A stretch of 64,000 nt of DNA from Balanoglossus misakiensis (taxonomy: Eukaryota > Animalia > Hemichordata), in the NCBI GenBank assembly GCA_040954595.2, contig CM082597.2, forward strand, positions 9,269,778-9,333,777. The letters run 5' to 3'. The notes under the pieces are model-generated. The model was given only the letters and a program-made list of their open reading frames with translations. It was not told where the DNA came from and ran no database searches. This document shows, in pieces, positions 49,398-62,700 of this stretch. The translations under genes were made by a program, and so were the position numbers. Positions within the stretch are counted from its first letter, which is position 1; each line of letters begins with the position of its first letter.

Positions 49398-49740
49398 CAT
49401 GCAGGCATATAGATGTGTCCGCGATGATTCCCGATTCGGATGCTACCAACCACCAACTGTACGTCGTTTGATTAACATTATTGTGGCCGTTCGTCACGTT
49501 GAGAGCCCAGGTACCGTTATATACTTCCAGTTTATGGTTCTTTCTGCTGTATTCATATTGCTTGGAAACACATTCCACAATCCCTTCATCATGTCCTGGC
49601 CCAAAATGAATATATTACCGAGAAAGATCCGATGTGTAATTGAAATGGATTTCAAAAGGGACGGGAGCGTACAGAATACCAATGACTCTAGGGGGTAGGA
49701 TACATGAAGTTATCCGAAGTCAAGCAGGATCCGATCGGTG
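49398..49740 (-). pseudogene. Disrupted Ig-like exon
   Basis: 343 nt (3n+1); extra C in a CCCCC run; in-frame TAA in DLSR*YIHFGPG. Confidence 0.55.
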
Positions 49741-49810
49741 CTGACGAATAACAACGAATAAGTACCCCACCGCTGAGAGTTGAGTTATTAAAATACATGT
49801 AGTCGCTTAC

Positions 49811-49954
49811 CGTTCTTCGTGAGGTTCACACACAAATTTTGGGCTCTGGCATCGTCTTCACGGATACCGCTTAAGAGCAATGGCACTGTGCCGCCGTCAA
49901 AACACGCGTCGATGTTAGGAGGAATTATTACAGTGTTATCCACATAACGGATCG
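49811..49954 (-). CDS. Ig-membrane gene exon (144 nt, phase 1-1)
   Basis: ttttcag acceptor, gtaagc donor; AIRYVDNTVIIPPNIDACFDGG...CVNLTKN. Confidence 0.6.
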
Positions 49955-50407
49955 CTGAAAATGCACAAGAAAGAGATGAGTTCATAAACTGATACGAGAG
50001 ATAGTGTATGCGTTCAAGATTCTACCAGTCTGGAAAAGAAATAGTTTGAACATGTTGGAGGAGACCATGTCTGCTGTCACCCCTATCACAACGTTGCCGT
50101 TTGTAGTCCGAATGTTTTCTTAACAACACTTGCGTTTGAAAATAGTATATAATGCATTCACTTTTGGCTGCCCCGCGATATTTTTGCCGGAACGTTTGAA
50201 ATATATGAGACATTCATCTGTTCAGTATTCTTAACATGCTCAAATCATAATTAAATTTATAATATACCTCATGCTAATACTGTGTCGTGATTCATCAGAA
50301 TCCATCACGTGATAGGAAGATAGAATCAACTATGAATCCCTAGGGAACTAGCAGGAAAAATATAAACCGATCACGTGACCAACGTGAGTTCACAGAATGA
50401 GATTTAT

Positions 50408-50608
50408 TATAAAACACCTATAGCCTGGCCCATTTTCGGGCCATAGCAGCCTTTTTTACCCCTCGTGACTGTGAGCTACCAGAATCATATGCTATTTCCC
50501 TCGGTCTACGGCCTCGGGAAATAGCATGTAATTCTGGTAACTCACAGCCCCTCGGTGCTAATAAACAGCTGCTATAGCCTTCATGGCCAGGCAATAGATG
50601 TTCAATAT
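50408..50608. repeat. ~200-bp imperfect palindromic element
   Basis: CTATAGCCTGGCC...GCTATTTCCCTCGG|CCTCGGGAAATAGC...GGCCAGGCAATAG symmetric about ~50508. Confidence 0.75.
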
Positions 50609-53600
50609 GCCCTTCTCGTGACTCTATCTTGTCGCAATGTGTGGACACAGTTTTATAGTGTCAACATTCTGTAAAATATCTTATGACGTCGCGGAAGATT
50701 ACGTACCAGTGGTATTCATGCATGGACGGAAACCTGCTAATGGTGTGCTTGCTGTGCAAACAAACAAACTAAGACCAATACATATTGAACGGAACTGTAG
50801 TACCATCCTGTAATATGAGCAAATTGTTCCACTGTTAAATTCGTTAAGTCGTTGGAAAAAACACATACATTTTAGTAAAAGGAAAGACTAAACTAAAACG
50901 TAACTAAACGTTAAGTAGTGTATACATTTGTTCATATAGACCTGAGAGTCTATGATTTGTTAAGTTATATTGCTTTTTCATTCATAATGCTAAAGTTGTC
51001 AAGGGCATTGTGAAAGAGATACGGCATACTTTAGAGAATAAATCATGATAATCCAGTGCGGACGCAGATATGCATTTCTTCCGTAGTTGCTAAGAAATCA
51101 TTTGCCAAGTTCCATCGTAACTAAGGGGTTCTGGCTTGCGCGGCAGCGGACTCACAGGCAGTGGTTTAATGGATCAGGTGAGTGGAGCTCTCCAGATTTT
51201 CATTATATTTGGCCCAGTGATTTTGAGGAAGAGTTTGCAATGGGATGAAATTTTAAGAATATGTTCTATCTTTAATTTTAACCATGTCTACAATATTTTT
51301 TTTCGCGCACGGTGAAAATTTTTGGCCGGGGAAGAATGACATAGCGCACTGCGAATTACAGTGCGTTGCGATGTCTATGGAAAACTGTCTGCGGTATGCC
51401 TTACTTTCAGAGGTTAACATTTCCGTCCACCGCCATTACCTGGAAACATTTTAATGTTTTTTCCAAACATGTCATATCAAGGAATAGATGTGATGAATAT
51501 TGCTTTTGGGGGAGATCGGATGACAATACGAAAGTGTTTGAAATCGAGACAACTGAAACCCGGAAGTACTTTGACGCCCAGGATAGGTCATTGGTTGAAA
51601 CCCTTCGTTCGTATTTGATATTATGGTGATTTGCAGGGTGTTGCTGTTGTTGGGTTCAGTTAGGGTAACACAGAGACGTTTTTACCGTTTGAAATATAAA
51701 TATGTATGCTTTTATAGTTAATTTTAAGACCGAGTTACGCATGGTAACTCGGAAGGCAGGTGGGAAGGCAGCAGGCCACTAGACGCGCAACGCGTGTTGC
51801 TCAGTGTGTTGACCCGTACGCGTCGCTGAAGCGGGTCTGGCCTCGTCGCCTGCAAAACAGGCATATAGGTTTTTCGGCTTGCTTTACGCATAAACGGTTG
51901 CCCCGTGTTACCAGTTTGTCACGTTACATCGAATTACCGTTGACATCTACAATTGCGAAGATGTTGTTAATATGTCATATTCTGAACCAGGAACTACATC
52001 TAGGCCTACTCCGGAAAAATAAACCTTAGCGAATAACTATTTGCGTTGAAATGGGATATATGTATTTTTTAATCTTGTGCACAGAGTTGTCTCGTGTACC
52101 TCGGCCTTAAAACAATAATCCTCAAATTTTAATATATTTAATATATATGATAGAATTTTCTATATACAAATTGACTACGTGATTAAAAGTTTATATTTTC
52201 ACTACTTCAGGCTAATACCACTGACCACCAGCGCTACCACCACCAGCAATCATGAAGGGACTACCAGCCTGCAGTGACAAACTGACGATTAGAACACCTG
52301 TGATACTTTTCTTGTTATTTGTCATTTCTTATCTAACTATGTTATTAAAACTACTGTTGGATCTTAAAATATATTTGAACTGTGATTTTATTTATTCAAA
52401 AGTGTTATTTAGTTAGACAAACATTAAATTGAATGATGTTTTACCCTTGGAACTTAACAATCCATCAACACGTACACTTTCATATTAAAATGAAATTAGG
52501 TATAACTTATGAGATTTTTATTAATGTACACATAAATATCTTTCAAGATTTACCAAATAAGAAAACATGAACCGAAGGAATGATTCTGATAAATTTGAGC
52601 ATCTTCTTGTTTACAAGTTCCAAAACTGGCTTTTAACTTCATTTTTTTCACTATTTTGACTGGATAAATTTCTACTAAGATAAAATCAAAGTGGTAATTA
52701 TTATTTCCTATTCTTTTCGCATACATTGACGAGAAATAGTGCAAATTAAATCACAAGGAATCGTACTGTAGAGTTCCATGGGAAAACTTATTCTCTGACG
52801 CTTCAGGCTGCAATAATTCTACCAGAAACCGTCGCTAGAAGGCATCCTTTAACGCATGCGCAAAAGCTTTTGTGTTGCCGCTCAACGCAGATATCCTGCG
52901 CTTGGAGGTCGTATTTAACGTTAACATTTCCATCCACCGGCCTTATCGGGTAAATTAACAACATAGCATTAAAGTTTGGCGCCTGAGTAATGTATACATC
53001 TAAAACCAAACTTGGGGGAGAAAATGGAAAGAGCAAGGACTAAAAGTGTCGGAGAGTCAAAGTCGAATTTTCAGTCAAAACGCACGAGACGACAATGTGA
53101 AAAGAAAAAACACACAATAAAAATGCACTATTAGGTAAATATACTCCTTCAATCAAAGTGAGTATTGATACCATTTGGTCAAATATCTATGAACTATAGG
53201 TGAGCTATTTTTGGTGATGTCAAGCGCAAGATTAGACGAAATATTTTTTTAATTATAGCTATTGTTTAAAAATTAACAGACGCTCGATTTCAATATATCT
53301 CGATTTCAACGATTAGTAGCGAGTAGGGACTCAATCCGAAAACCATTAGATCGTAAAGGATTGTTTTACTGGCTGAGAACACATCTTCAAAGTGGCCTTT
53401 ACACTCTATTAAAGTAATGTCACCGATATATTTTTATTCACATGCGTGCAAATGTAAGCCTATCGTATAAATCTTTTAAGTATGGTGCACCAACAGGACT
53501 CTTATAGGGGGATTTTAAACCTGAAACTCAAGCTGATGCAATCGAGTCACGTGACAAAACCTTTCTTGAATACAATACAAATGGCTGATGCAATAGTTTC

Positions 53601-53675
53601 GTATGTATAAAAAGACGAAAATGACTATTTTCATTCAATATTTTAAAACCTTTTCTCCTGCCTTGCAACGTAAGG

Positions 53676-53730
53676 ATGAATGTTTCCGACCAACTGCGTT
53701 GGTGTTGGCCCGTTTTGTTTGTCACGACAG
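53676..53730 (+). CDS. RTK signal-peptide exon
   Basis: [18 protein letters not shown]; phase-1 gtagg donor fits the next exon (GIVARHASG). Confidence 0.65.
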
Positions 53731-56700
53731 GTAGGAAACAAACACATTGTCTTATATGGTCACAAGTTCTGGTCGGATTCAAAGAACTTTCCACTTTATT
53801 TTACAAGGTCTAGAAGAACGACATCCATCATGGCATTTTTTTTATTTCGCGGGAGAGCAATGTCTGTTCGATAACCGCCTAAAGCACAGTGATTACTTAA
53901 GCTGACGCTCTTAGAAAACAAAAGCAGAAGTTGCTACTGTTTGTTTGGAAAATGTACAGTTAGGGAAGAGAGTAGAATGTAAATTAGTTTCATTATATTT
54001 TGCGCTCAATCCTTTAAATTTTCAATTTACATCATCTGAACAAATGAGAAAGATCTTGATAATACACAACAGGATTAATTTGGTCATTTAGAAACCTCTC
54101 CAAAACTATTGGTTGTAGAGCTCGTGAATCAAATTTCCATATCCACTATTAATTTCCTAGTTGGTCCTGAGACCAGTTAGCACACAGTGGCCAAAGTGGC
54201 TTGGAGTTAGGTCATTTCATTTCATTCCGTACCACCTGCGCGGATCTGATCCGCGATCAAACACACATGAGGGATACAGCGATGTTCAAACAGTCGCTTG
54301 ATTCAAGGGAACACTGGTCAAAACACTGACCCAGTAAATCATTGTTCATAGAGCTTCGGCAGGGTAGGCCTATACGACGAAACAAACTGGGGCAACAACC
54401 ACGACAAACAAAAACTACTTGAACCATAGACCTTGGCGCTCCAGGATCTATGGTTAAACTAATGATGTTTATTGAGTTCGCGATAAGAAGAAATGGGTGA
54501 TGCAAGACCCCATTGTATTCAAAACGGTGTGCAAAACATCGTTCCTAGAAGGTTCCGAGCAAGGTTGCGTCGATGCGTTGACATGCATGTCACACTATGC
54601 CGCCGTGCATTTTTGTTACCACCATTTACAGCAAAGTTAATAATCACAAAGTCTACAAAAATGTTGTCATTTGGCAATATTTATGATCATCATTGTGCAA
54701 AGCGAGATTTTAGATCTGGCGAGGGCATTCAGATGCGTGTATATGACAAATGAATGCGGTGATTTTTGCGTTGGTTTCCAGCAAGTCATGGAGTTACATT
54801 ACTTAAGCATGGCCCATTTATAACAAACCTCTGCCCTGCATGGTGACCAGTGATTAAACTATATAAAACTTTCAGTATTAAAAGGGACTTCATTTATATT
54901 TCTCTGTTTAGGCATAGTTGCACGGCACGCCAGTGGGGTAGTTCACGTCACAGAGAACGCAGAGATCGGTAAGAATGTGTCGATCCACTGTCCGGCCGAT
55001 TATAGTCAGAACAGAGACTCGCTCTACATGATAAGATGGACCCGAGACAACCATGCGTTCGTAGCACAACGGTCGTCGTCCACATCAGACGGAGACGGGT
55101 ATTCGAAGACTATGGGCGGGCGGACAAGATATTCAGTGCCAGATTTTCTTACCCTTAAGATAGAAAACGTCAACCTAACTGACGACCAGGATGTGTACAA
55201 TTGTAGAGTAATCGCTACCTCTGGTGCTCAGTATGTGGGGAAAGTTGTCCTTAACGTCTGGGGTAAGATTAACCGTGCGTGTTTATGATGATGGTCGTTA
55301 GTCAACATCAATGATTGCCTTTGCTTTTTTCCTTCCTTTCGTATTTAACGTGAACAGGTAATTCACAGTCATACCTTTAGAGAGAAACTCAATATTACAA
55401 CCTTTGTTGTGTCATGTGGGTGTGGTAGTCGGCACGGAAATATTTAGGACAGTCCAGCAAATATGTGAGCGAATATACTTATCAAAGCTAGCATATATGA
55501 CGAGACGAATGAATCAGTCAGGCACTGATTTATGCGTCTAACGAACAAAGGTGGACAAGCTCGTTTTTTTCGAAAGAAACTATCGCGACTTTTTTCACTC
55601 CACAGCGCCCTTCATTATGGATCTAGAATTACCAGCAGCAGACAGTGTTAATGCAAGTACGAAGATTGTAACGCTACCTCAATCAGCCAACTTTACCGCA
55701 TCATGTATGGCCAATCGGGGCATACCCGAACCGGACATTGTGTGGTACTACGGATCGAAGACAATCTCCCAGGACAAAGGAGATTCATACAAAATACAGA
55801 AAAATCACACGGCAGTCGGACACTACAACAACATTACCAGTCACCTGACAATACTGAATGCCAGATTTGATGCTGGAGGTCGATATACTTGTTGCGCAAC
55901 CAACAAAGTCATTCAACAATCTCAAAATATGTCATTCGATGTTATGGTACTACAGCCCGGTAGGTGTGGTTTGTCTTGTTCTGAGTAGAGCATGGCCGAC
56001 GGAGCTTCTTTGCTTATTGTACATTATTAATATCGAATTTTGACTAATAGTTTCGGCTTCTTTAGCAAAAATGTCTCCGTGCATTCAAACCAATATATTG
56101 TGACTCATTTAAACTGAATACTCCACTGAGAGATCTTGGGAGTGGCCCACAGTTAGGGTGCAGGCAGGCGATAGAAACGACGACATTCGACACCCCACCG
56201 ACGTTCCAACCCAAATTTTAGCAAGCGGATCCTACATAATTAAAAATGTTCACTAGCAATTATTATTTTTCCCCTACTGTGAGACATAAATGTCCAACAA
56301 GCATGTGTTTTGATTTGTTCGATGTCGTGGCAAAGCACCAGTCTTGTCGATAAATAAAAATATAACTGCGCCATGTTGAATCTCACCGGTAGTGACAGGT
56401 ATACAGTAGTCGACGTCTTATTCCTAAGATTATTGTCTCGAAAATAACGATCACCAGATCACACAAGCTGCTTTTGATTTTTTTGAACATCTTTGAAAGC
56501 TTCTAACTTTTATGAAACCCTTACCTTTCGATAAGAAACGTGAAGTTGTCGCCAACAGGAATATATCGCTGGCACTGTTTTTATTCGAGAGTCACATGAG
56601 TTGTGACGCAAGTATAAATACAGTTCACGACAATGACGCATGCGCATGTATTACGTATGCGCCTTCTTTTTCTGTCGCCAACATAATTTTTCTTTATGAT

Positions 56701-59700
56701 ATTTATATCTCAAGTACTATATACAAGTGCGAAGATTAATATTTATACAAAATAATACATAATGCGCGCGAGATTTCTTTTCAGATTTTCCTTTACCGTT
56801 GATCTTGATTTTTGTCTCTCTGTCTTTGTTCTACCATTTCAATTTGTATGCGGGGCATTTTGTTGGAGGCAAATCTACTATCTAAGTGTATAGCAAATCT
56901 AAGTGTTCAATGTTTATCAACAAATCATGACAAGACGCGAACGACAATAACTAATCAAAAGAGATGATGTTATTATCATTATTAGATCGCCTCCATGGGA
57001 TTTATGATATACTGTCATGATAGAAATGATGTCATTTACCCATGGATCTCGAGTATTAATCCTTTGAACCCCACATCTTTCGCTGTCAAATGCGATGCAA
57101 TATTTTCAAATCATTTTCAAATATTTTCCCCCTTAATTCTAGACCATGTAATTTTCTATTGTATGCTGCCTTGATCAAAATTTTAGGAAAAAATAAGGTA
57201 AAAGTTAATGAGGTTAATTTTGTGAAAAATGGCGACAGGTTGACTGTGTCGCTGAAAGGATTAATGCAGAAATCCATGGAGGGAGAGGTTTTTAGCGTTT
57301 TCATACATATAGCTTTGGAACATCCTTTACTCAATCAAATATTTTGCCATGCACTGTATAGAAGTTACAGGTCATACGCTGAGAACGACACTATCTAGAC
57401 CAACAATGGCTAACGACAGATCGGAAGGTAACGATTCGCAATGATATATTTTATACTCAAGTGTACACTCATGTTATCAGTATGATAAGCGTAATGTAAT
57501 AATCATCGTTGGCGTTATTAGCTTCGACGCTGCGAAGTATTAGACCAAAACAAGAAATATTACATTGTGATTAAGGATTTAATGGAAAATAATGCTTTTT
57601 AGATTAATTAAAAAAATTTACATCGAAAACGAATTCTTCGAATGAAACGAAAATTGATAGCACCGAAAATAATTTTAAAACAAACATTCAACTTCTCGTT
57701 CAGTGTGACTTCGCAATGGATGATGTTTGTGCTCATTGCGAGATCTCGCGAGACCTGGTTAATTAGCGCAGCAATGGGTTGCCATCCAAGTATAATACAA
57801 GTCAACATTTGTGCCGGGTAAACACCACGTGTCATGTGTTGTTTGAGCTACAAGTATGTCACATGACTCTGCCCTCCTATATAAACTGTCCATAGCCAGG
57901 AGAGGTCTCGCAAGGTCTCGTAGATTTCGGAAAACGGTATATTTTAGTACATCATCGTAACAAATGTATCATGTCGGCTATGGGATCTTGACTTCCAGAT
58001 TCGACACCTGGTGCTAAAGCACGATCATCTATACCACCGTTAACTCAATCAGACCTTGCATCCTCCAAAGTATCAGGTAGTATACAATTACCACATTCTT
58101 GCATCTTCAGAAAAGCAAAGTCAAATCGGGTGTTTACAGAATACACGATCTCATTTTCACTTGCTGAGTTGGACCTGTTCCCTAATATACTCATTAGTTC
58201 AAGAAACATCTGGAAAAAACGACACGAAAACAAAATTTGACTTTGTTTTTCTAAATTGCAGGAACTGCAGGCGAGAGTGTTGTAGTGTCACCTCAAGCAC
58301 ATGAAGGTAAAATGGAGTCCTTTACATGACCTGTGTTTCCTTTTCTGAAGAGTTAGCAAATTCAGAATGGGTAGTCTTAGTGGTCGTCGAGACTGTATCG
58401 TGTGACACAAAACACTCTGCAGTGCATGTGGTAAAAAAATAATACTGAGGTTTTGGCGCCATCCCAAATCAGTGTGAGGTTTTCTATTAACAATTAATTT
58501 TTATTAATTAGCGATAGCGCAGCCGTAGGGTTTTTTCCTGTACGTTTGCTCTGAGTATCGACTTATTTCACTCTTTGTTTTAGGTATAATGCAGATTTTA
58601 AAGTTAAAGCAGTTCAAATGAAAAGTAAACGCGCTTGAATTTATTTTTTAGCAAAGGCAGTGGTGCTCACACAAATGTAGGGCGCCTTGGTAATCAATAC
58701 GTTTGGGAGTTCGACATGAGCAAAACTTTACTTTACTTAAACATAGAAAAGCGTGGTCGGTCTATATAGTGTTGTTCTCTGTGTTGATGTGCCGTTCATG
58801 GTTTTGACTTATAACTTCACCAAAGCATAATGTGGATAAATATTCACCATTGTTTAATCAAAGTCGTTTTTGTCACTAATTCCAGGTACGCAGGACCAGA
58901 GCACCCCTGGCTTTAATATAAACACAATTGTTTTAGCAGTGGGAGTGGTTGTACTCATACTCGCAATGGTTATCACCGCGGTTTTGGTACTTCGTTGGAA
59001 GTGCCGGAAGGTAAGTATCAGTGCTTTAAATAGATAAGGTTTGCAAGTCATTCATCCATCAATCACGAATGCGCTATAATAAACAAGTACAATCCATAAA
59101 CATTCCGTCGAAAACTAATTGTTTGTAATTTAATTTTTGAAACATTTCATTCATTCATTCATTCATTCCATGACTTTTCTTGTTTTGCAGAAGACGTACA
59201 AAACGAAGCCTCCCGATCCGGTAAAACTTTGAATTCTCAAGCCTGGCAAATACAGCATTTCTCGAATCATATAACAACTGGAACTGTACGAATTGTTATA
59301 AAATATCAAACGCGATGTAATCTTAGATTGGCTAGCACCGCATTTCAAATTATTTTTGAAAAGACTATTGCACTTAGCTGACATCAGACTATAGGGTTTT
59401 TATTCATTACTTTTTTTCATAAAACCAAAATTTCGGTTCAACAAAATGCTCTGGCCATGGCCTCGGTTAATTTTCACAACAAATTGTATTATTTCCAAAT
59501 TTACTTTAAAATGTTTAACCACTTGATATATGAAATTTCGGACGCTATTTTTCATTTTGATTTTTGCACTTTACAAAAGGAAGAGCAGGCCTCCCTCAGC
59601 CAAACACCTTCGACGGATGCAGGAAGTGAATTTGATTCCATTACAGACATTCAAAGAGATTTCATTCAAAGCGACATACGTCGACAAAATTGTCTTCATG

Positions 59701-62700
59701 ACAGTGAGCTTCCCGCAATACCAGATGAGTGGGAGCTTCCGCGCCACGAACTCTTGTTGCATGAAAATTGCGTGCTTGGACGAGGAGAATTTGGTGAGGT
59801 TAAAATGGCGGACGCCAGATTCAACGGCAACAGTTGTGGACTAATTCAAGTTGCAGTGAAACGCCTCAGAGGTGAGAGTTCAGAGATTTTTGAAGTGGAA
59901 GGTCTACAGTTGCACGGGCACAGATGTTTTGTAAGCTTAGTTGAAATGATTGTTTAAATCGTGTACGTTATACGACCTTAATATATATATAGTTACGTGC
60001 GTGTGCTATACAATAACCTACTAACAGTAAACATTGATCAAAACATAATAATTACATTCCATCATGCCTAAAGGACAAAGCACTCTGACGTCCATGACCT
60101 GAATGAGCCTAATGATTAAGGGACTTGTATATTGTGATATAGGGTTTTGTTTTACAATTGGCAAAACAGACTGCGCCATAAGACCTGGCATTTGGCCAAG
60201 AGAGAGAGGGGGAGAGAGAAAGAGGGGGGGGGGAGAGAGAGAGAGAGTGAGAGTGAGAGAGAGAGTGGGAGAGATACATGTTTCCACAATGTCTTTCATA
60301 AAGTTTAAATTATAGCTGGATCGTACAGGTAATGTCCCCAATGGAACATTTGCATATTTTGACCTTCTATACGACATATACATTTTAGATATACAAGAAC
60401 CAGCCGTTTGCTAAACTTTTACATGTGTGAAACTTTACATATACATTAAGCTGTGGTATATAGTGAAGTGTATATTTAAACGCTTTTATTACCAATAAAC
60501 TTTTTGAAGTAAAACAACCATATCGATATCATGTACCATTCAACACACAATTACACGGAAAAAACGGTTGTGTAATTTGTTATCGACACCATGTACATTA
60601 ATGACTCGGTTGATATTTCAGCCCGAGTGAGTTGTGTCGTTAATTTACAGAAAACGCTTCGTCAGAAGATAAAGCAGATTTCCTGAAAGAGTTAGCAATC
60701 ATGAAATCGTTTCCTTCTCGCCATCCCAATGTCGTGTCACTACTCGGTTGCTGTACCCATGAAGGTAAATATGGAATGTCTTTATTTTTACAGGTTTATA
60801 TACATGTAACTGTATGGCCTGATGGTTCGTCTGTTTCGTCCCTATCACATGCAATAGTTTTGCTCAAATCTTAGCAGATATTTAACAATTTGTTTGTTAT
60901 TAGATCCCATTTACATCATACTAGAGTTTGTGAGGTATGGCAGTTTGCAGAGTAACCTTCGCAAGAATCGGTCGAATTATACATACCAAAATTTACACCC
61001 GAAGAGTAGAGATCTTTCACCATCAGATCTACTGAAATTGATGTGGCAGATTGCGAAGGGAATGACCTTTCTTTCGTCAGTGAAGGTAATTGTTTAATCG
61101 GTTAGTAGCATTATTTACATGTGAAATAAGTGTTGAAATACAGTGCACATTTCAATTTTTTTTTAAACTCGATCTTTTGTCGGGACTTTAGTGTGTGTGA
61201 GATTCAAAACTCTTCCAGATTGTAAGCAAAGGGTTCCATCGGGGTTTGTCGACACGACCTATCATTATTTGCATATTCAAATTGCCACCTTTAATGGTGT
61301 TAGATCGCTTTGTCAACTGCACTGAAATTCTGCGAGGCGGATTGTAGTGGTGAAGCACTAGCCGGTAAAATAGGTCGGGGTAATTTATGATGACAGGTTC
61401 TTGAACTGCGCGACCACTGTTGATAACGTCTTATCGCCGTTATTAGATGAGATTTAAAAATGGTATTGGTAAAATTCCACGGTTGTGTGGAACACCGTGT
61501 ATTGTTCAGCGATTTCTGGAATTCGAAAGCAACAGGATAAACCTACTTACGTTCAAGTACATGTACTAAGTTAGCACCTGGTCCTTAAATGTGAAACTGT
61601 CGATTGTCAGAAATTCGTCCACAATTATCAAACTACTTCCAAGTGGTCGGTAACATTACCAATTGTGGTTAAAATAAATGTTGTTTTTATCGTACCCTTT
61701 ATAGTGTATCCATCGAGACCTTGCCACCAGAAACGTCCTCCTCGGTGAAAACAAAATATGCAAGATATCGGATTTTGGTTTTGCCCGCGATGTAAGCGGG
61801 GTGCACGTTTATCAAAGGAAATCACAGGTAATGTAATCGCTAAGGGGAAAAAATTGGGACAGTTTTAGACAACATAATTTTTCAGATCCTTTCCTCTGAT
61901 ACATCGATTATATATTATGCTAAATATTTCATGCTGTCTGGTTTTGATTAGAATAATGTCATGTCAAAACATTACTCTCGTTATTAGCAAATAATGCACG
62001 ACCAATCCTAGCAATTACTACACATTAATTCCTCTTTTGCATATTTTACCATACGTGTGATTGTCTGGGTGTGGACAGTATTTCTCTGTATTTATACTTT
62101 CACGTGAATATCTCTCCGTATCGAGAGGTGTATTCATGTTAATAAAAACTAAGATAATAGAACTGCATAAGCTTTTCCTCACTGCATCTGCAAACCACGT
62201 GTTGTCCTTTCAGAGTCCGTTACCAATCAGATGGATGGCATTAGAATCGCTGATAGATGCTATATATACAACGCAGAGTGACGTGTGGTCTTATGGCGTG
62301 GTGCTTTGGGAAATTGTTACATTAGGTAATTGGTTGAAATTGAAGTGAAATATATCGTTTGTTCCAAATGCATGAAATCTTTAGCTTGTATGTGCCGAAA
62401 TTTAACAATTACCTGGTTAACATAACAAATAGAGATTGTCACCATTATCAGCATAGTGAAGTAACCGTTGTTTCAGTTTGCCATGTTTACTGATTTTATA
62501 AAGTCATTCTCAATGACAGGGATAATGCAGTAAAAGCTATGTCTTTTATTAATTTGACAAAATTCCGTCCCCCGCGGTGACTGAAGTGTATGCTTGTTCA
62601 CACTCTGACAACCGAAACCAATTTGGTATCTATACACGGTCAGTTTGAAGGGATTGTTTACGAAAGAATGTGTGATTTCATGATATTATCGATTGGCAGC

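Larger units (their letters stand above)
42818..51203 (-). pseudogene. Multi-Ig-domain single-pass membrane protein, probably disabled
   Basis: Phase-compatible exons 50751-50707, 49954-49811, 49740-49398 (frameshift + TAA), 49003-48680, 48465-48323, 48003-47868, 43834-43706, 43374-43255 (TM), 42879-42818 (stop). The first exon 51203-51156 is tentative. Confidence 0.65.

Noticed and set aside
50026-50118. Possible extra - strand exon (ENIRTTNGNVVIGVTADM...)
   Set aside because: Weak acceptor and donor, and it leaves only a ~70-nt intron; not included without transcript data
52211-52420. Possible alternative RTK signal exon MKGLPACSDKLTIRTPVILFLLFVISYLT
   Set aside because: No phase-1 GT donor after the hydrophobic stretch; 53676-53730 fits better
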